DNA of 64,000 bases from an uncultured virus (IMG/VR IMGVR_UViG_3300021255_000105) (lineage: Duplodnaviria; Heunggongvirae; Uroviricota; Caudoviricetes), in the IMG/VR virus record IMGVR_UViG_3300021255_000105, one strand, 5' to 3'. Below, piece by piece: positions 26,371 through 36,334 of this stretch; positions within the stretch are counted from its first letter, which is position 1; every line of letters starts with the position of its first letter. The translations under genes and the position numbers were made by a program. The notes below the pieces were generated by a model. The model had not been told where the DNA came from, made no database searches, and saw only the letters and a list, made by a program, of their open reading frames with translations.

Positions 26371-27107
26371 ACTTCCATAGGTTCAAAGAAATACTCCGGG
26401 TAGCACTGGCAACGAGGGTGAGGGCGCTCAAACGGAGTGGAGATAGGGATTTTCTTTCCGCAAAGCGAGTCGCACTCCGGGCAGTCGAAGGACGAGCCGC
26501 GGTGACGGATATAGTAAACCGCCCCTTGCGCCATAGCATCCACCCACTCGGCGTAGCGGGCCGAGTCTATAATCAGGTCCGCGCCGATTAGCGAGAGCTG
26601 GTTGTAGATATTGAAACTATATCCCGGCCCCCAGCCCATGCGCTTTATCCCGGCCTCTCGCCAAAGCGGGCAAAGAAACGGGTTATTGATATAGCGAGAA
26701 ATCAGCACCCGGAGATACCCTTGCGTGTAGTTTTTTGCAAGGGCGAGCCCCACCCAGACAGAAAGGAGGTCCAAAAGGTGCTCCCCGGCAAGGTCAAAGC
26801 TCATACCGGCATACTTTTCGGAAAGGGCCGTTTCAAAGGCCACCTCCTCGTCAGCATAGTCCAGCGAGTCGGTAATCAGCGTATAGGCAATCTTCCGCGC
26901 GTCCTCAATGCATCCGTCCGACAGCGCAACGCATTGGCGCAGGGCCTCTTTGTAGAGCGTTTCGTCGGCGTCAAAAGAGAAATCCGCGCCGAGGTGCTTA
27001 TACTTCCACGCCAGCTCCAGAAGAGCCGCCAGTGCGTCGTCATATCGCTTTTTCGACGCACCGGCGAACTCGTTTAGCGAGGCGTTTATCTTGTGGTGGC
27101 TAAGCAT
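26367..27107 (-). CDS. head morphogenesis protein (MuF/SPP1 gp7-like)
   Basis: C-terminal CPECDSLCG..PHPRCQC; downstream of portal. Confidence 0.7.
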   Translation of the reverse strand: MLSHHKINASLNEFAGASKKRYDDALAALLELAWKYKHLGADFSFDADETLYKEALRQCVALSDGCIEDARKIAYTLITDSLDYADEEVAFETALSEKYAGMSFDLAGEHLLDLLSVWVGLALAKNYTQGYLRVLISRYINNPFLCPLWREAGIKRMGWGPGYSFNIYNQLSLIGADLIIDSARYAEWVDAMAQGAVYYIRHRGSSFDCPECDSLCGKKIPISTPFERPHPRCQCYPEYFFEPMEV

Positions 27108-28605
27108 TGGCTCGGCTTGCGGTTACAGCGTTGTTCTTAATCTGTTGTGCGTTTATCTGCGCAGCGGCCACCGCGTCGTCATGGGCCTCCTGCAGGAGCC
27201 TGTTCACCTCGTCCGGGGAGGAGTAGCCAATGTTATAGGCGATTTCCGTTGCGGTCTTTTTAGACATAGCACCGGCGGCGACAAGTTGCTGAATACCAGA
27301 AATCACGTCGTTTTCGGAAAGGAAAATGAACGGGTCCAGATAGGCTTTTACTTTGAAGGAAGCAGTATCGCTTGCACGGTTTTCAGAGGTGAAGTAGGCG
27401 AACTTGAAGAGGCTTACAACCCCGTTCAGGAATTGCTGGTACTCGATAGAGTCCGAAAGGGCCTTCAGGTAAGAATCCGCAAAGAGCATCTTGACCGTCC
27501 GGGAGGACATATCAGCGCCGGATTTGATTTCTGGCGTTTCCACCGCGAAGGAGCCCCGCATGATATTCTTTTCCATGATTTCAAGCTGCTTTGCAAAAGC
27601 GCCGTCCGCGCCTTGTGCGGGCTCCAAGAATCCAACCTTTGCGTTCGGGTCGATAGAGTCAATACGATTGGGAGTGCCGTCCGTGTTTGTCATTACCTCC
27701 ATATCCCCGCCGAGGGTATAAAGAATCCTCAAAGCATAGGCAGCGTTGTTTTCGCTGAACTGCGAAATGCCGATTTCGTAACCGTCAATGATTCCCTGCG
27801 AGGCGGTCCAGACAGGGCCGGTGTCGCGGCGGTGGTAGCGAACGGGAATATCCGGGAAGCCGTGCTTTTTCGGCTCGCCTTCAAGCTCCCAGTCTTCGCC
27901 GTCCTCTTTCTTCTTATAAGTAGCAAACGAGGTGCGGTCGATTACGTCCAGATACTCGTGCTTATTCCCGTCCCAGTCCTCCTGAAAATACCGGCGGCCA
28001 AGAAGCGCCAGCTTGCCGGTCAGCGAGTCGTAGTGAGGATAGAGCGTGTCGCCGCGGTTGTAAGAGAATACCCTCCAGCCGGGTTTTCCCTCGTCAAGAT
28101 AGACATAAACAGCAACGTCGCCAATCTTGTAATCTTCCTCAATCGCATCGTTGATTGCTACCTCCATATCGTACTCTTCCCAGCCCTCGCGGAAGAAGGA
28201 AAGGGTATCAATCATTTTCTGGTTGGTTGCGCCGGAAATCAGCTTCATGCCGATATTGTTCCCCAGCAGGGCCTCTTTTCGCTTTGTCAGGATTCGCTCC
28301 TGAAAGCCGATTGCAATACGGCTTCGCACCTTTGCTTGATACGCGCCGGTTTCCTTATTAACATAAAGGGTATTCGGGTAGTATTTGAGGTGGTTAATCT
28401 TGTGCGAGGAGGGATAAAACTCACGGTAGAAGTCCGCTTGCGTGCGTAGTTCGTGCTGGACGTTATCAATCGTCTGGACGTAAGGAGCGGATGGGTTTAT
28501 AATCGGAGTCGTGCCAATGACTCCGGGAGGAATAGGAACGGAAAATGGCCTTTTCCGTAAGATTTGTTCGGGTTTCATGGCCCCGATAGACGGAGTAAGT
28601 TGCAT
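27100..28605 (-). CDS. portal protein
   Basis: 501 aa between terminase and MuF-like gene; SPP1-like portal features. Confidence 0.8.
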   Translation of the reverse strand: MQLTPSIGAMKPEQILRKRPFSVPIPPGVIGTTPIINPSAPYVQTIDNVQHELRTQADFYREFYPSSHKINHLKYYPNTLYVNKETGAYQAKVRSRIAIGFQERILTKRKEALLGNNIGMKLISGATNQKMIDTLSFFREGWEEYDMEVAINDAIEEDYKIGDVAVYVYLDEGKPGWRVFSYNRGDTLYPHYDSLTGKLALLGRRYFQEDWDGNKHEYLDVIDRTSFATYKKKEDGEDWELEGEPKKHGFPDIPVRYHRRDTGPVWTASQGIIDGYEIGISQFSENNAAYALRILYTLGGDMEVMTNTDGTPNRIDSIDPNAKVGFLEPAQGADGAFAKQLEIMEKNIMRGSFAVETPEIKSGADMSSRTVKMLFADSYLKALSDSIEYQQFLNGVVSLFKFAYFTSENRASDTASFKVKAYLDPFIFLSENDVISGIQQLVAAGAMSKKTATEIAYNIGYSSPDEVNRLLQEAHDDAVAAAQINAQQIKNNAVTASRANA

Positions 28606-28626
28606 GGTGTATCTTGTTTAAAAGTA

Positions 28627-30309
28627 TTAACTAAAAAAGCTCCAGTCGCCACGGCGCACGCGGCGCGTAGCCTTTGCATTGTCGGCCCGGTCCACCGCAT
28701 AGAGCAGGGCCTCGATAAAGTCCGGGGAGTGGCCCAGCAGGGCAATCATATCCTTCTTTTTAATCAGCGAGCGCGGGCTTTCATTTTCAATCCATTTCAG
28801 CACGATGCGCTCTTGCATGAGCCGCTCTTCGATAGTGAACGGCACGCGCTTATCCATAAAGACCCTCCGAAGCACGTTTTCCTCAATCGACATTTCGCCG
28901 TTCTGGATTTTCTCAATGAGAATACCGGCACATTCGGATTTGCGCTTTGTATACGCCGTTTTGTCCCGTGCCGGACCTTTGTTGTCAAACGCATGCGCCC
29001 GGCGCAGGTCCTCTGACTGACGGAGCCAGTTGCCTACTCCGTTCACGTCATAGGCGAAATCCTCCTCGGCCACCTCGTTGCGTTTGAGAAAAGCCTTGAT
29101 GCGAGGCACAACGTCCTCGGCGGTCACGTACTTTAACGCCTCTACGTCAATGATATGCCAGCCGTCCATAGCCCAAAGCACAAGCCAGTCACCACGAAGG
29201 GCAATATCGCCTCCGGCAACCCTGCGCCCGTTCGTTTGGGGTGCGTTTTGGAAAAACCGGTACATGTCCCCGGCGGTAATCAGCGCTCCCGTGTCGTCAA
29301 TGTCCCGCCAAACGCCCCTAATATCGTTTATAACGGCCTTTGAGCCGCCGGACGATATTCTGTTCATATATTTTGGGTCGGACGCTTGCAGAATCTTATT
29401 CTCTCCAAATTCACCGTCAATGAAAGTAAGCGAAGTGATGAACTCTTTGTAATCGCGGTCAGGGTTATCGGTAAGGGAACATATCTTGTTTCGGGCGTTG
29501 GGATTTCGGTACACTTCCTCCGGGGTGTCACCCCACGCGATTTCCGTAACGTCCTCTCCGTAACGGCAGAAGTAGCGAATCTTTCCAGAGCGGGCCGGTA
29601 TCGCCTCGTCCGTTTCGGGGTCAATCCACCAGTCCAGAAGCCAACGCAGTTTGTTTGATTTACCTACGGGGTTGCAGGTACAAATGAAACGAGCCGGGAG
29701 GCCGGTGGTTGAACGGTTGGAGCCCATGAGGTCAAATATCACGTTAAGATTATCCCTTGTGAACTCTGCCAGCTCCTCAATCACGATATAGGGCATTTCC
29801 GCGCCACGGAAACGGTCTTTTACGGCTTTCAGGTCCGCGAGGTGCTCCATTTTCATTGTAGCGCCCGTGCCGCCAAAGAACTTTGCTTCAAAAGAGGTGT
29901 CGGCAAAGGTCGCAAAGCCACGGAAGATAGGTTTGCAGGATTTCCAAATACCACGCTTTACGTCGTTTTCAAGGCGGCGAAAACCGTACATATTAACGTC
30001 GGGGTTTTCTGCGTAGTAAAGCGCACCCATAAGGCTTATGGCCGTTTTGCCAGCGCCACGTTTTCCTCCGCAAATGGTAATGTCGGCTTTACTGGTTAGC
30101 ACCTTTTCTTGAAAGCCCTCTTGCGGAATCAAATCCCAAATGCGTTTTCCGAGGCGCTTTTGCTCCAGATTTTCGTGCCGAATCTTTTGTGCGTACTCAT
30201 ACGAATACACCTCGACGCCATATTGGAGAAACACGGGGTCAAGGTACTGCTTATCGTCTATGACGGTTTGCTCGCTCATTCTTTTGCAAAGATTGTAATT
30301 TGTTTTCAA
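28627..30309 (-). CDS. terL: terminase large subunit (start may be 30279)
   Basis: GGKRGAGKT Walker A, IVIEELAEF Walker B, TCNP, nuclease GGDIA, YDVNGVG, HSPDFIEA. Confidence 0.93.
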   Translation of the reverse strand: MKTNYNLCKRMSEQTVIDDKQYLDPVFLQYGVEVYSYEYAQKIRHENLEQKRLGKRIWDLIPQEGFQEKVLTSKADITICGGKRGAGKTAISLMGALYYAENPDVNMYGFRRLENDVKRGIWKSCKPIFRGFATFADTSFEAKFFGGTGATMKMEHLADLKAVKDRFRGAEMPYIVIEELAEFTRDNLNVIFDLMGSNRSTTGLPARFICTCNPVGKSNKLRWLLDWWIDPETDEAIPARSGKIRYFCRYGEDVTEIAWGDTPEEVYRNPNARNKICSLTDNPDRDYKEFITSLTFIDGEFGENKILQASDPKYMNRISSGGSKAVINDIRGVWRDIDDTGALITAGDMYRFFQNAPQTNGRRVAGGDIALRGDWLVLWAMDGWHIIDVEALKYVTAEDVVPRIKAFLKRNEVAEEDFAYDVNGVGNWLRQSEDLRRAHAFDNKGPARDKTAYTKRKSECAGILIEKIQNGEMSIEENVLRRVFMDKRVPFTIEERLMQERIVLKWIENESPRSLIKKKDMIALLGHSPDFIEALLYAVDRADNAKATRRVRRGDWSFFS

Positions 30310-30323
30310 TACAAATCAATATT

Positions 30324-30358
30324 TATTGAAATGTATTGATTTTTTAGCCTTATATTTG
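30324..30358 (+). promoter_or_regulatory. late (head operon) promoter with 19-bp operator-like motif
   Basis: TATATTTG at 30351; TATTGAAATGTATTGATTT also present inverted at 40783-40801. Confidence 0.6.
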
Positions 30359-30655
30359 CCCGTGTATGGACGAAAAGAGCGCAAATACCGGTGTGCAGAT
30401 TGTCTGCCCGCTTTGCAAGCAGACTTTTCCGGTACGAGTACAGGAGCTCACGGGAAAGCTGCGGCTCTCGGTCCGATGCCCTCACTGTAAGCGAATAAGC
30501 GAGCTTACTTTGAGTGATATAAAATAGCCAGCGCCATGAGCGCACAATAGAGGCCACAAGAGTTACAGGATAACCGAATAGGCCCGGAGTAGAAGCCCAA
30601 ATAAGGGTTTCCGCTTCGGGTTTTTTGTATAACCCTAACCGCTCATTGAAACAAA

Positions 30656-31330
30656 ATGAAACAAAAAATTATTGATGCGTTCAAGACGAAGTATCTGAGC
30701 TTTGGATTGAGCAACGAGGCTATTGACCGGATTGCCTCTGCATTGGAAAAGACAGTCACCAAAGAAGAGGAAATCGCAGAGGCTTTGGAAAAAGTCGATA
30801 CGATGAACCTTATCGCAAGTGAGCTCCAGAAGATGCGCGACAAGGAGATTCAATCACGAACCGACTTGCAGAAGTCTTTTGATGCTTACAAGGAGAAGCA
30901 CCCGGAAACAACTCCGCCCACCCCTCCGACTCCCCCGAATCCTAACGAGCAGGAACCCGAATGGGCCAAAACACTGCGCCAGCAGAATGAGCAGCTCCTC
31001 GCCCGCCAAAAGGCCGAGGACGATGCAAAAGCCCAAAAGGAACTTATCGCAAGGCTCGAGGCCGGACTGAAAAAGGCCGGTTGCGTCAATGCCGGTATCC
31101 TTGCCGGGGTACTGAAAGGCGTTGCCCTTCAGAAAGACGAAACCGAGGAAGCCGCGATTGAAAGGCTCAAAGGCGACTATAACGCCTCTGTAAAAGCAAT
31201 CTTTGGCGACGGCCCTATTCCCCCGGCGGCAGGTGGTAGTGCTTTCGGTGACGCGAAAACCGCTCTTGACAAAAAGAACGCTTTTCTAATCACACAGGGA
31301 CTTCTCCCGGAACCCCAAAAAGCACAGTAA
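30656..31330 (+). CDS. capsid scaffolding protein
   Basis: Coiled-coil, PTPP linker, PEWAK; first head gene. Confidence 0.65.
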   Translation: MKQKIIDAFKTKYLSFGLSNEAIDRIASALEKTVTKEEEIAEALEKVDTMNLIASELQKMRDKEIQSRTDLQKSFDAYKEKHPETTPPTPPTPPNPNEQEPEWAKTLRQQNEQLLARQKAEDDAKAQKELIARLEAGLKKAGCVNAGILAGVLKGVALQKDETEEAAIERLKGDYNASVKAIFGDGPIPPAAGGSAFGDAKTALDKKNAFLITQGLLPEPQKAQ

Positions 31331-31348
31331 CCTTTAACACAAAGCACC

Positions 31349-32002
31349 ATGCCTAAATTCAGCTCTTTTAACGCTTATGGCTCCGAGGCTAACGAACTCG
31401 GCCAAAGCCATGTGCCTGTTTGGCTGGGTACTGTTGCCCCTCATGCTGTTGGCGGTATGCTCAATACCGCTTTCTTGAAGAAGGGCCTCCGTATTCCTGC
31501 CGGAACCGGCGTGAATCTGACCGCGGGCGTTATTAACCCGCTCCTTACCTATGCGGTTAAGGCTGTAAATAGTGGTGTGATTACCATTGACCCGAAGGAA
31601 TATGGTTTCACCCCCGCTGTTGGCGAGTATCTGTTCCTCGTGAACGCTGATAGCTTCGCCTCTAACGGCAGCCCCGTCGCAATCACCGCCGTTGCCGCCA
31701 ACGCCGAAAACTCCGCACTTCTGGACGTAACCGTCGCTATTGACGGTGTGGCCGTCGGCAACATTGTTGCCTTCGCCCCCACCAGCGGGGCTGTTCCCGC
31801 CCCCAACGGCTATCTCTACAACGACATTTACCTCGGTGGAATCGAAGTCACTGCCGCGACTATCGCCGACAAGACCGCCGCCGCTTCTGGGGCCGTCGTT
31901 GATTTCCACGGAGAGGGCCTGCTCGTTGAGCTTACCCCTTGCGCCGGAATTGAGAAAGCCATGAAGGCCGCAGTTCCGAACGTAATCCAAGTGCTTGTTT
32001 AA
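31349..32002 (+). CDS. head decoration / minor capsid protein
   Basis: Ala/Val-rich 217 aa between scaffold and major capsid gene. Confidence 0.55.
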   Translation: MPKFSSFNAYGSEANELGQSHVPVWLGTVAPHAVGGMLNTAFLKKGLRIPAGTGVNLTAGVINPLLTYAVKAVNSGVITIDPKEYGFTPAVGEYLFLVNADSFASNGSPVAITAVAANAENSALLDVTVAIDGVAVGNIVAFAPTSGAVPAPNGYLYNDIYLGGIEVTAATIADKTAAASGAVVDFHGEGLLVELTPCAGIEKAMKAAVPNVIQVLV

Positions 32003-32028
32003 CCTTTAACGAATAGGAGAAAAACACT

Positions 32029-33195
32029 ATGGATGCCTACCAGATTCAATTCTATGACCTGCTTTCCCGCGCCCTCGGCGCTGGCGAGTCTATCCAGAGC
32101 TTTCTGGATAACACAATGGCCCTGAAGTACAATGCCCTCCAGCTGGACGGCTTTACTTTTGAGCCTTTCATGCAGACCGACTTTACTTACGAGCAGATTG
32201 TCGGCGAGCTCGGCCTGAACGTCATGGCGCAGTACTATGACGTTGATTCCCCGGCTCTTCCCGACGGAACGCAGGGCTTCAAGTCCTACACCGGCAAGAT
32301 TCCTCGCATGAAGAAAGTCGAATACTTCAACGAGGACAAACTCCGCAAGATGAAGCTCGTTGAGGACCGTAAGTCCGCAACCGCAGAGCAGATTGCCGAA
32401 ATCGCTTATCAGCAGCTCTTTATCACCATTGACAAGCTGATTGGCGGTCACACCAACGCTCTGACCTATCAGCGTCATCAGGCCGTTTCTACGGGTAAGT
32501 TCGTCATCACCGGCGCTAACAACCCGAAGGGCATCAAGAGCCTTACTCTTGACTACCACGTACCCGCCGGCAACAAGACCACTCTCGCCGGTAGCGCTCG
32601 TTGGTGGACCTCCACCACGCACAACGCCGCTAATGAGGGTGCAGACGCTAACCCCGTCAAGGACCTTACCGACATTGTGGCAAAGGCCCGCTACGCTGGT
32701 GTTCGCGGTCATTTCGAGGTGGAAATCGACTACCTGAAGGAAGTACTTGCTCATAGCAAGGTGCTGGCCCAGATTGGTATCGCTACCCTTCCCGCCTCCG
32801 ATTCCACCGCCCAGATTGCATACGCCGGAATCCTCTCTTACGAGGCCAAGAAGTCCGCACTGGAAAGCCTTATCGGCGCACCCGTGAAGGCTATCGACTC
32901 CCTTGTGCCCGTCGAGTCTATCGACAAGACCGAAAAGGCTTTCACTCGCCAGAACATTAACGCCTTCGAAAAGAACGTGTTTGTGTTCGTCCCTGACGGT
33001 GAAATCGGCACAGTAAAGACCGTCGAGCCTATCGCTATCGAGGGTGGTAACTACGGCTCCTTCTACGGTGGCAAGCTTCTTCTGACCGTTGGCGTGGACT
33101 TCGTTAAGAAGTGCCAGAGCTACAATACGGAAATGACCTCGCTTGTTATTCCGAGCGTACCGCAGTACATGTGGTATCTGTACCCTAACGCCTAA
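32029..33195 (+). CDS. major capsid protein
   Basis: 388 aa; synteny; strongly biased codons; phage capsid E-like pattern. Confidence 0.8.
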   Translation: MDAYQIQFYDLLSRALGAGESIQSFLDNTMALKYNALQLDGFTFEPFMQTDFTYEQIVGELGLNVMAQYYDVDSPALPDGTQGFKSYTGKIPRMKKVEYFNEDKLRKMKLVEDRKSATAEQIAEIAYQQLFITIDKLIGGHTNALTYQRHQAVSTGKFVITGANNPKGIKSLTLDYHVPAGNKTTLAGSARWWTSTTHNAANEGADANPVKDLTDIVAKARYAGVRGHFEVEIDYLKEVLAHSKVLAQIGIATLPASDSTAQIAYAGILSYEAKKSALESLIGAPVKAIDSLVPVESIDKTEKAFTRQNINAFEKNVFVFVPDGEIGTVKTVEPIAIEGGNYGSFYGGKLLLTVGVDFVKKCQSYNTEMTSLVIPSVPQYMWYLYPNA

Positions 33196-33230
33196 TCGGC
33201 ACTCGCGTAAATCCCTAATTGAAGGAAGAA

Positions 33231-33605
33231 ATGGCAGACATTAGCGCAAATCTCACTTTTGTAAGGTGGCTCCGGGCAAAGTCCGAGCCGTTCATGGACC
33301 TCTCCGATGATTTCCTTTTCTCTGTTCTTATCGGGCGGGACATAACGGACGATGAATTGCTTTACGCTGACGCTACCGAAAAGCAGAGGGACCTCTGCCT
33401 CGCAGACGTCTATTTTGCCGCTGCCGTTTCTTCCGTCAAGACGGGGACGCAAGGCGAAGCCGACGGCGGGTGGACCCATTACGTCGCAATCAAAAACGCC
33501 GTAAACCGCTCTGGCTTGCTGGATATGGCGAAGGCGCTTTACGACAAATGGAATGAACCCTTTACAGACCCGCGCAACAAAATCCGCATAAAGCCCTTGT
33601 ATTAG
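33231..33605 (+). CDS. head-tail adaptor
   Basis: RDLCLADVY, DGGWTH; position after capsid gene. Confidence 0.55.
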   Translation: MADISANLTFVRWLRAKSEPFMDLSDDFLFSVLIGRDITDDELLYADATEKQRDLCLADVYFAAAVSSVKTGTQGEADGGWTHYVAIKNAVNRSGLLDMAKALYDKWNEPFTDPRNKIRIKPLY

Positions 33606-33606
33606 T

Positions 33607-34017
33607 ATGTTTAATCCCCGTTGGCCCCATACTTTCGTAATCAAGGGCGAGTCCCTTGACGAAAACGGACTCCCCGTTACCGACGACGAGGGGCGGCCCA
33701 TTGAGAGCGAAATGACACTGAAAAAGTGTGTCTATGATTCCCAGTGGAACCCGCGCTTCAAGTCTGACGGTACGCATGAGTACGAGGAGGTTACGGTCAT
33801 GCCGTGGGGCTATCGTACTTCTACTGGAGGACTGAAAGCCTCCGGCGACGTGATTGTTGCGGACTTCAAGATTTCAATGCCGAAATGCCTTACCGAAATC
33901 CCTACGGGAACTATTCTGGAACTGACCGACTATACGCACACTTTCCTCGGAAAGGTGATGAAGGTTACAACCTATAATTGGGGTACGGATATTTGGCTTG
34001 ACAACGTGAAAAACTAA
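33607..34017 (+). CDS. head closure protein
   Basis: NPRWPHT start; synteny. Confidence 0.5.
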   Translation: MFNPRWPHTFVIKGESLDENGLPVTDDEGRPIESEMTLKKCVYDSQWNPRFKSDGTHEYEEVTVMPWGYRTSTGGLKASGDVIVADFKISMPKCLTEIPTGTILELTDYTHTFLGKVMKVTTYNWGTDIWLDNVKN

Positions 34018-34466
34018 TGAGCTACAAAAGTGATAACGACCGCAAGATAAAAGCAGGATTCAAGCGCTTCGGCCTCCTCAAAGACATAATCATTGAGAAC
34101 GGCATGAGAAGGCTTATGAACGATGCTATGCTTGCTACGCTCGCGAATCACGACCACGACCATTGGTTTCACAAGTCCACGGATAATTCTTACGGCTGGT
34201 TGGTGCTCCATAACGGAGCGCACGTGGACCACCGGACGAATACCGGGCGGCACGGAGAGGGCGACGCCTACGCAGAGCTCATGCGGGCTTCCGAGTCCGC
34301 TCCTAAAAACGGGTGGGTGGGAATCCTACTCGCCGACATGGGAGAGGTCCGGGACCACGGGAAACAAAAGCTCTACATTTTCCATTTGGAGTATGAGATT
34401 GACTTGCTGAATATAACGAGAGCCGACGTTGAGAATCAGTTTCACACTTATTTCAAGCCGCTGTAA
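34017..34466 (+). CDS. neck / tail completion protein
   Basis: Synteny. Confidence 0.45.
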   Translation: MSYKSDNDRKIKAGFKRFGLLKDIIIENGMRRLMNDAMLATLANHDHDHWFHKSTDNSYGWLVLHNGAHVDHRTNTGRHGEGDAYAELMRASESAPKNGWVGILLADMGEVRDHGKQKLYIFHLEYEIDLLNITRADVENQFHTYFKPL

Positions 34467-34858
34467 TGCCTATTAACAACTTTGACATAACGGACATTGA
34501 AAAGCTCATTTCCGACAAGGTGCGGGAACTCGGTGTTTCAAGGAACGTCTGGAACAACAGACCGAAGGCGACCGATGACAAGATTTCGGATTTTGTCGTT
34601 GTGAAGGTTTCGGGGGGTATTTCCGACAAGGCCGCTTACGGCGATTGCCGGGTGCTTATCTACCTGTATGCTCGGGACGTTTTGGAAATGAAAAACGCCA
34701 AGCTTTTGTCCGTTATGCAACAGAAGTTACGGGAATTACCCCTTTGGATTGAGCCGCTGCTTATCAATGGAAAGCCTCGCGTAATCGGCGACACTCCCGA
34801 TGATTTTGGTTTCCACACAAGGATATTGAATTTCAAAGTATTTATAAAATCTAAATAG
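34466..34858 (+). CDS. tail terminator protein
   Basis: Synteny, precedes major tail gene. Confidence 0.5.
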   Translation: MPINNFDITDIEKLISDKVRELGVSRNVWNNRPKATDDKISDFVVVKVSGGISDKAAYGDCRVLIYLYARDVLEMKNAKLLSVMQQKLRELPLWIEPLLINGKPRVIGDTPDDFGFHTRILNFKVFIKSK

Positions 34859-34860
34859 CC

Positions 34861-35454
34861 ATGCCTAACACTGCTACACTCACCCAAGCCATGCTTGACG
34901 ACCTCCATATCGGCAACGCATCGCTTTCCCTGTTGGCCTACAACGCTGCGGGACTTGACATTACCGCCGCTGTGGACTTCTCTAACGCCGACCAGATTTT
35001 CACGCTCGAGGGCTCTTTCAACCTTTCCGCTGACGACCCCTCCAGCACCGAAATCCGCATCGACCAGCATCAGAAAGTTATCGACCAGAACATTGAAAAG
35101 GGCGGTAACTGGCGCATGACCGGCAACATTCCCTCCGTGGCCCAGGAACTCATCGAGTACTTCTTCACCGAGGGTTCCGCTACCGGCACTATCACCGGCG
35201 CGGGCGGAAAGACCTACACCGGCAAGGGCTTCCTTTCCACCCCGGAAACTATCGAGGTTTCTATCCTCGTGGAGTCCGAGTCCCAGAACACGGCAATCCT
35301 CTTCCCTCACGTGAAACTCCTTGTTTCTCCTGTGAAGAAAGACGACAACACCAACCCTGCCTATCTTACCTTCACCGGGTTTATCCTTCCTAACCCGTTC
35401 AAGAAAGAGGGCGCTTACGTTGGTGACTTTGCCGTGCTGAAGGCCGCTGCCTAA
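34861..35454 (+). CDS. major tail protein
   Basis: 197 aa, biased codons, followed by terminator and chaperone genes. Confidence 0.7.
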   Translation: MPNTATLTQAMLDDLHIGNASLSLLAYNAAGLDITAAVDFSNADQIFTLEGSFNLSADDPSSTEIRIDQHQKVIDQNIEKGGNWRMTGNIPSVAQELIEYFFTEGSATGTITGAGGKTYTGKGFLSTPETIEVSILVESESQNTAILFPHVKLLVSPVKKDDNTNPAYLTFTGFILPNPFKKEGAYVGDFAVLKAAA

Positions 35455-35478
35455 TCTGGCGCGAACTAACCTGAACCG

Positions 35479-35511
35479 AGGGGCGGGGTGTGCAAAGCCC
35501 TGCCCCTTTTT
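35479..35511 (+). terminator. intrinsic terminator after major tail gene
   Basis: AGGGGCGGG...CCCTGCCCCT-TTTT. Confidence 0.7.
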
Positions 35512-35526
35512 AACTTAAAGAACACC

Positions 35527-36323
35527 ATGAAACAGCCCATACTTGAACAAAGAGTAGAGTACATGGAAATCGAGCAGAACTCCGTTTCCGTAGTACCGAT
35601 TAAGGGCACAAAAAAGAGTGTCCGGCTTCGTTGGTTGAAGCCTTATACGATTGAGCGAATCACGCAGATTTGGATTGAGCGTGACCTCGCGGCCGCCCAG
35701 CTGGAAAAGGGCGCGGACGTACTGAAAGACCTTGCAAAAGAGCCGTATTTTGCTTTCAAAGAGGCGGCGCTGATGATTCTTAACCACGACATTAAGATTC
35801 GTCTTTTCTACCCGCTTTTGTGGCGCTGGCTGGCGTTCCGTTACAACGAAACGCAGATAGAGCCGATTATCGAAGAGGGTAAAAAAAAACTTCCGCTTAT
35901 GGCACATTACGGGACTATGGTGTACTCGCTGGATATGAGGACGGACTTAATGAAGATGACGAAAAAAGAAGCCGAGCAGTACCGAGCCGAACTTCTATTG
36001 GGGGCGAAGCAGCTTTCTGCAAAGACTTCCCCGGATACGGGAGGCCCCGCTGGAGGCTCTTCCGTTGGGAGCGAAACTTCGGCTACCGATGCGTCTTAAC
36101 CCTCGCCCAGATTGAGCTAATGCAAGCCGATTTACCGCACACTTTGTATCGGTATGGGAAATCCTCCGGCGGCGGCAAAAAAGGCCCTCAAAAGCCGTTT
36201 AGTTTCAATCCTACCGACCCGGCAATAGCGCGACAGGAAGAGGCGAACCGCCGGGCCGCTGAAAGAAGGGCCGCGCGACTGGCCGGGAAGGCCCCGGTCA
36301 CTATGAACGAGGTATTTAAATAG
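35527..36323 (+). CDS. tail assembly chaperones G (35527-36099) and GT via -1 frameshift
   Basis: A9C slippery run at 35881; -1 frame opens right there and runs to 36323. Confidence 0.7.
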
Positions 36324-36334
36324 AGAAATATACT

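Noticed and set aside
27091..28449. Long antisense ORFs (also 41161-42618, 45106-46692, 38330-39331)
   Set aside because: Shadows of portal, tail and tape-measure genes caused by codon bias
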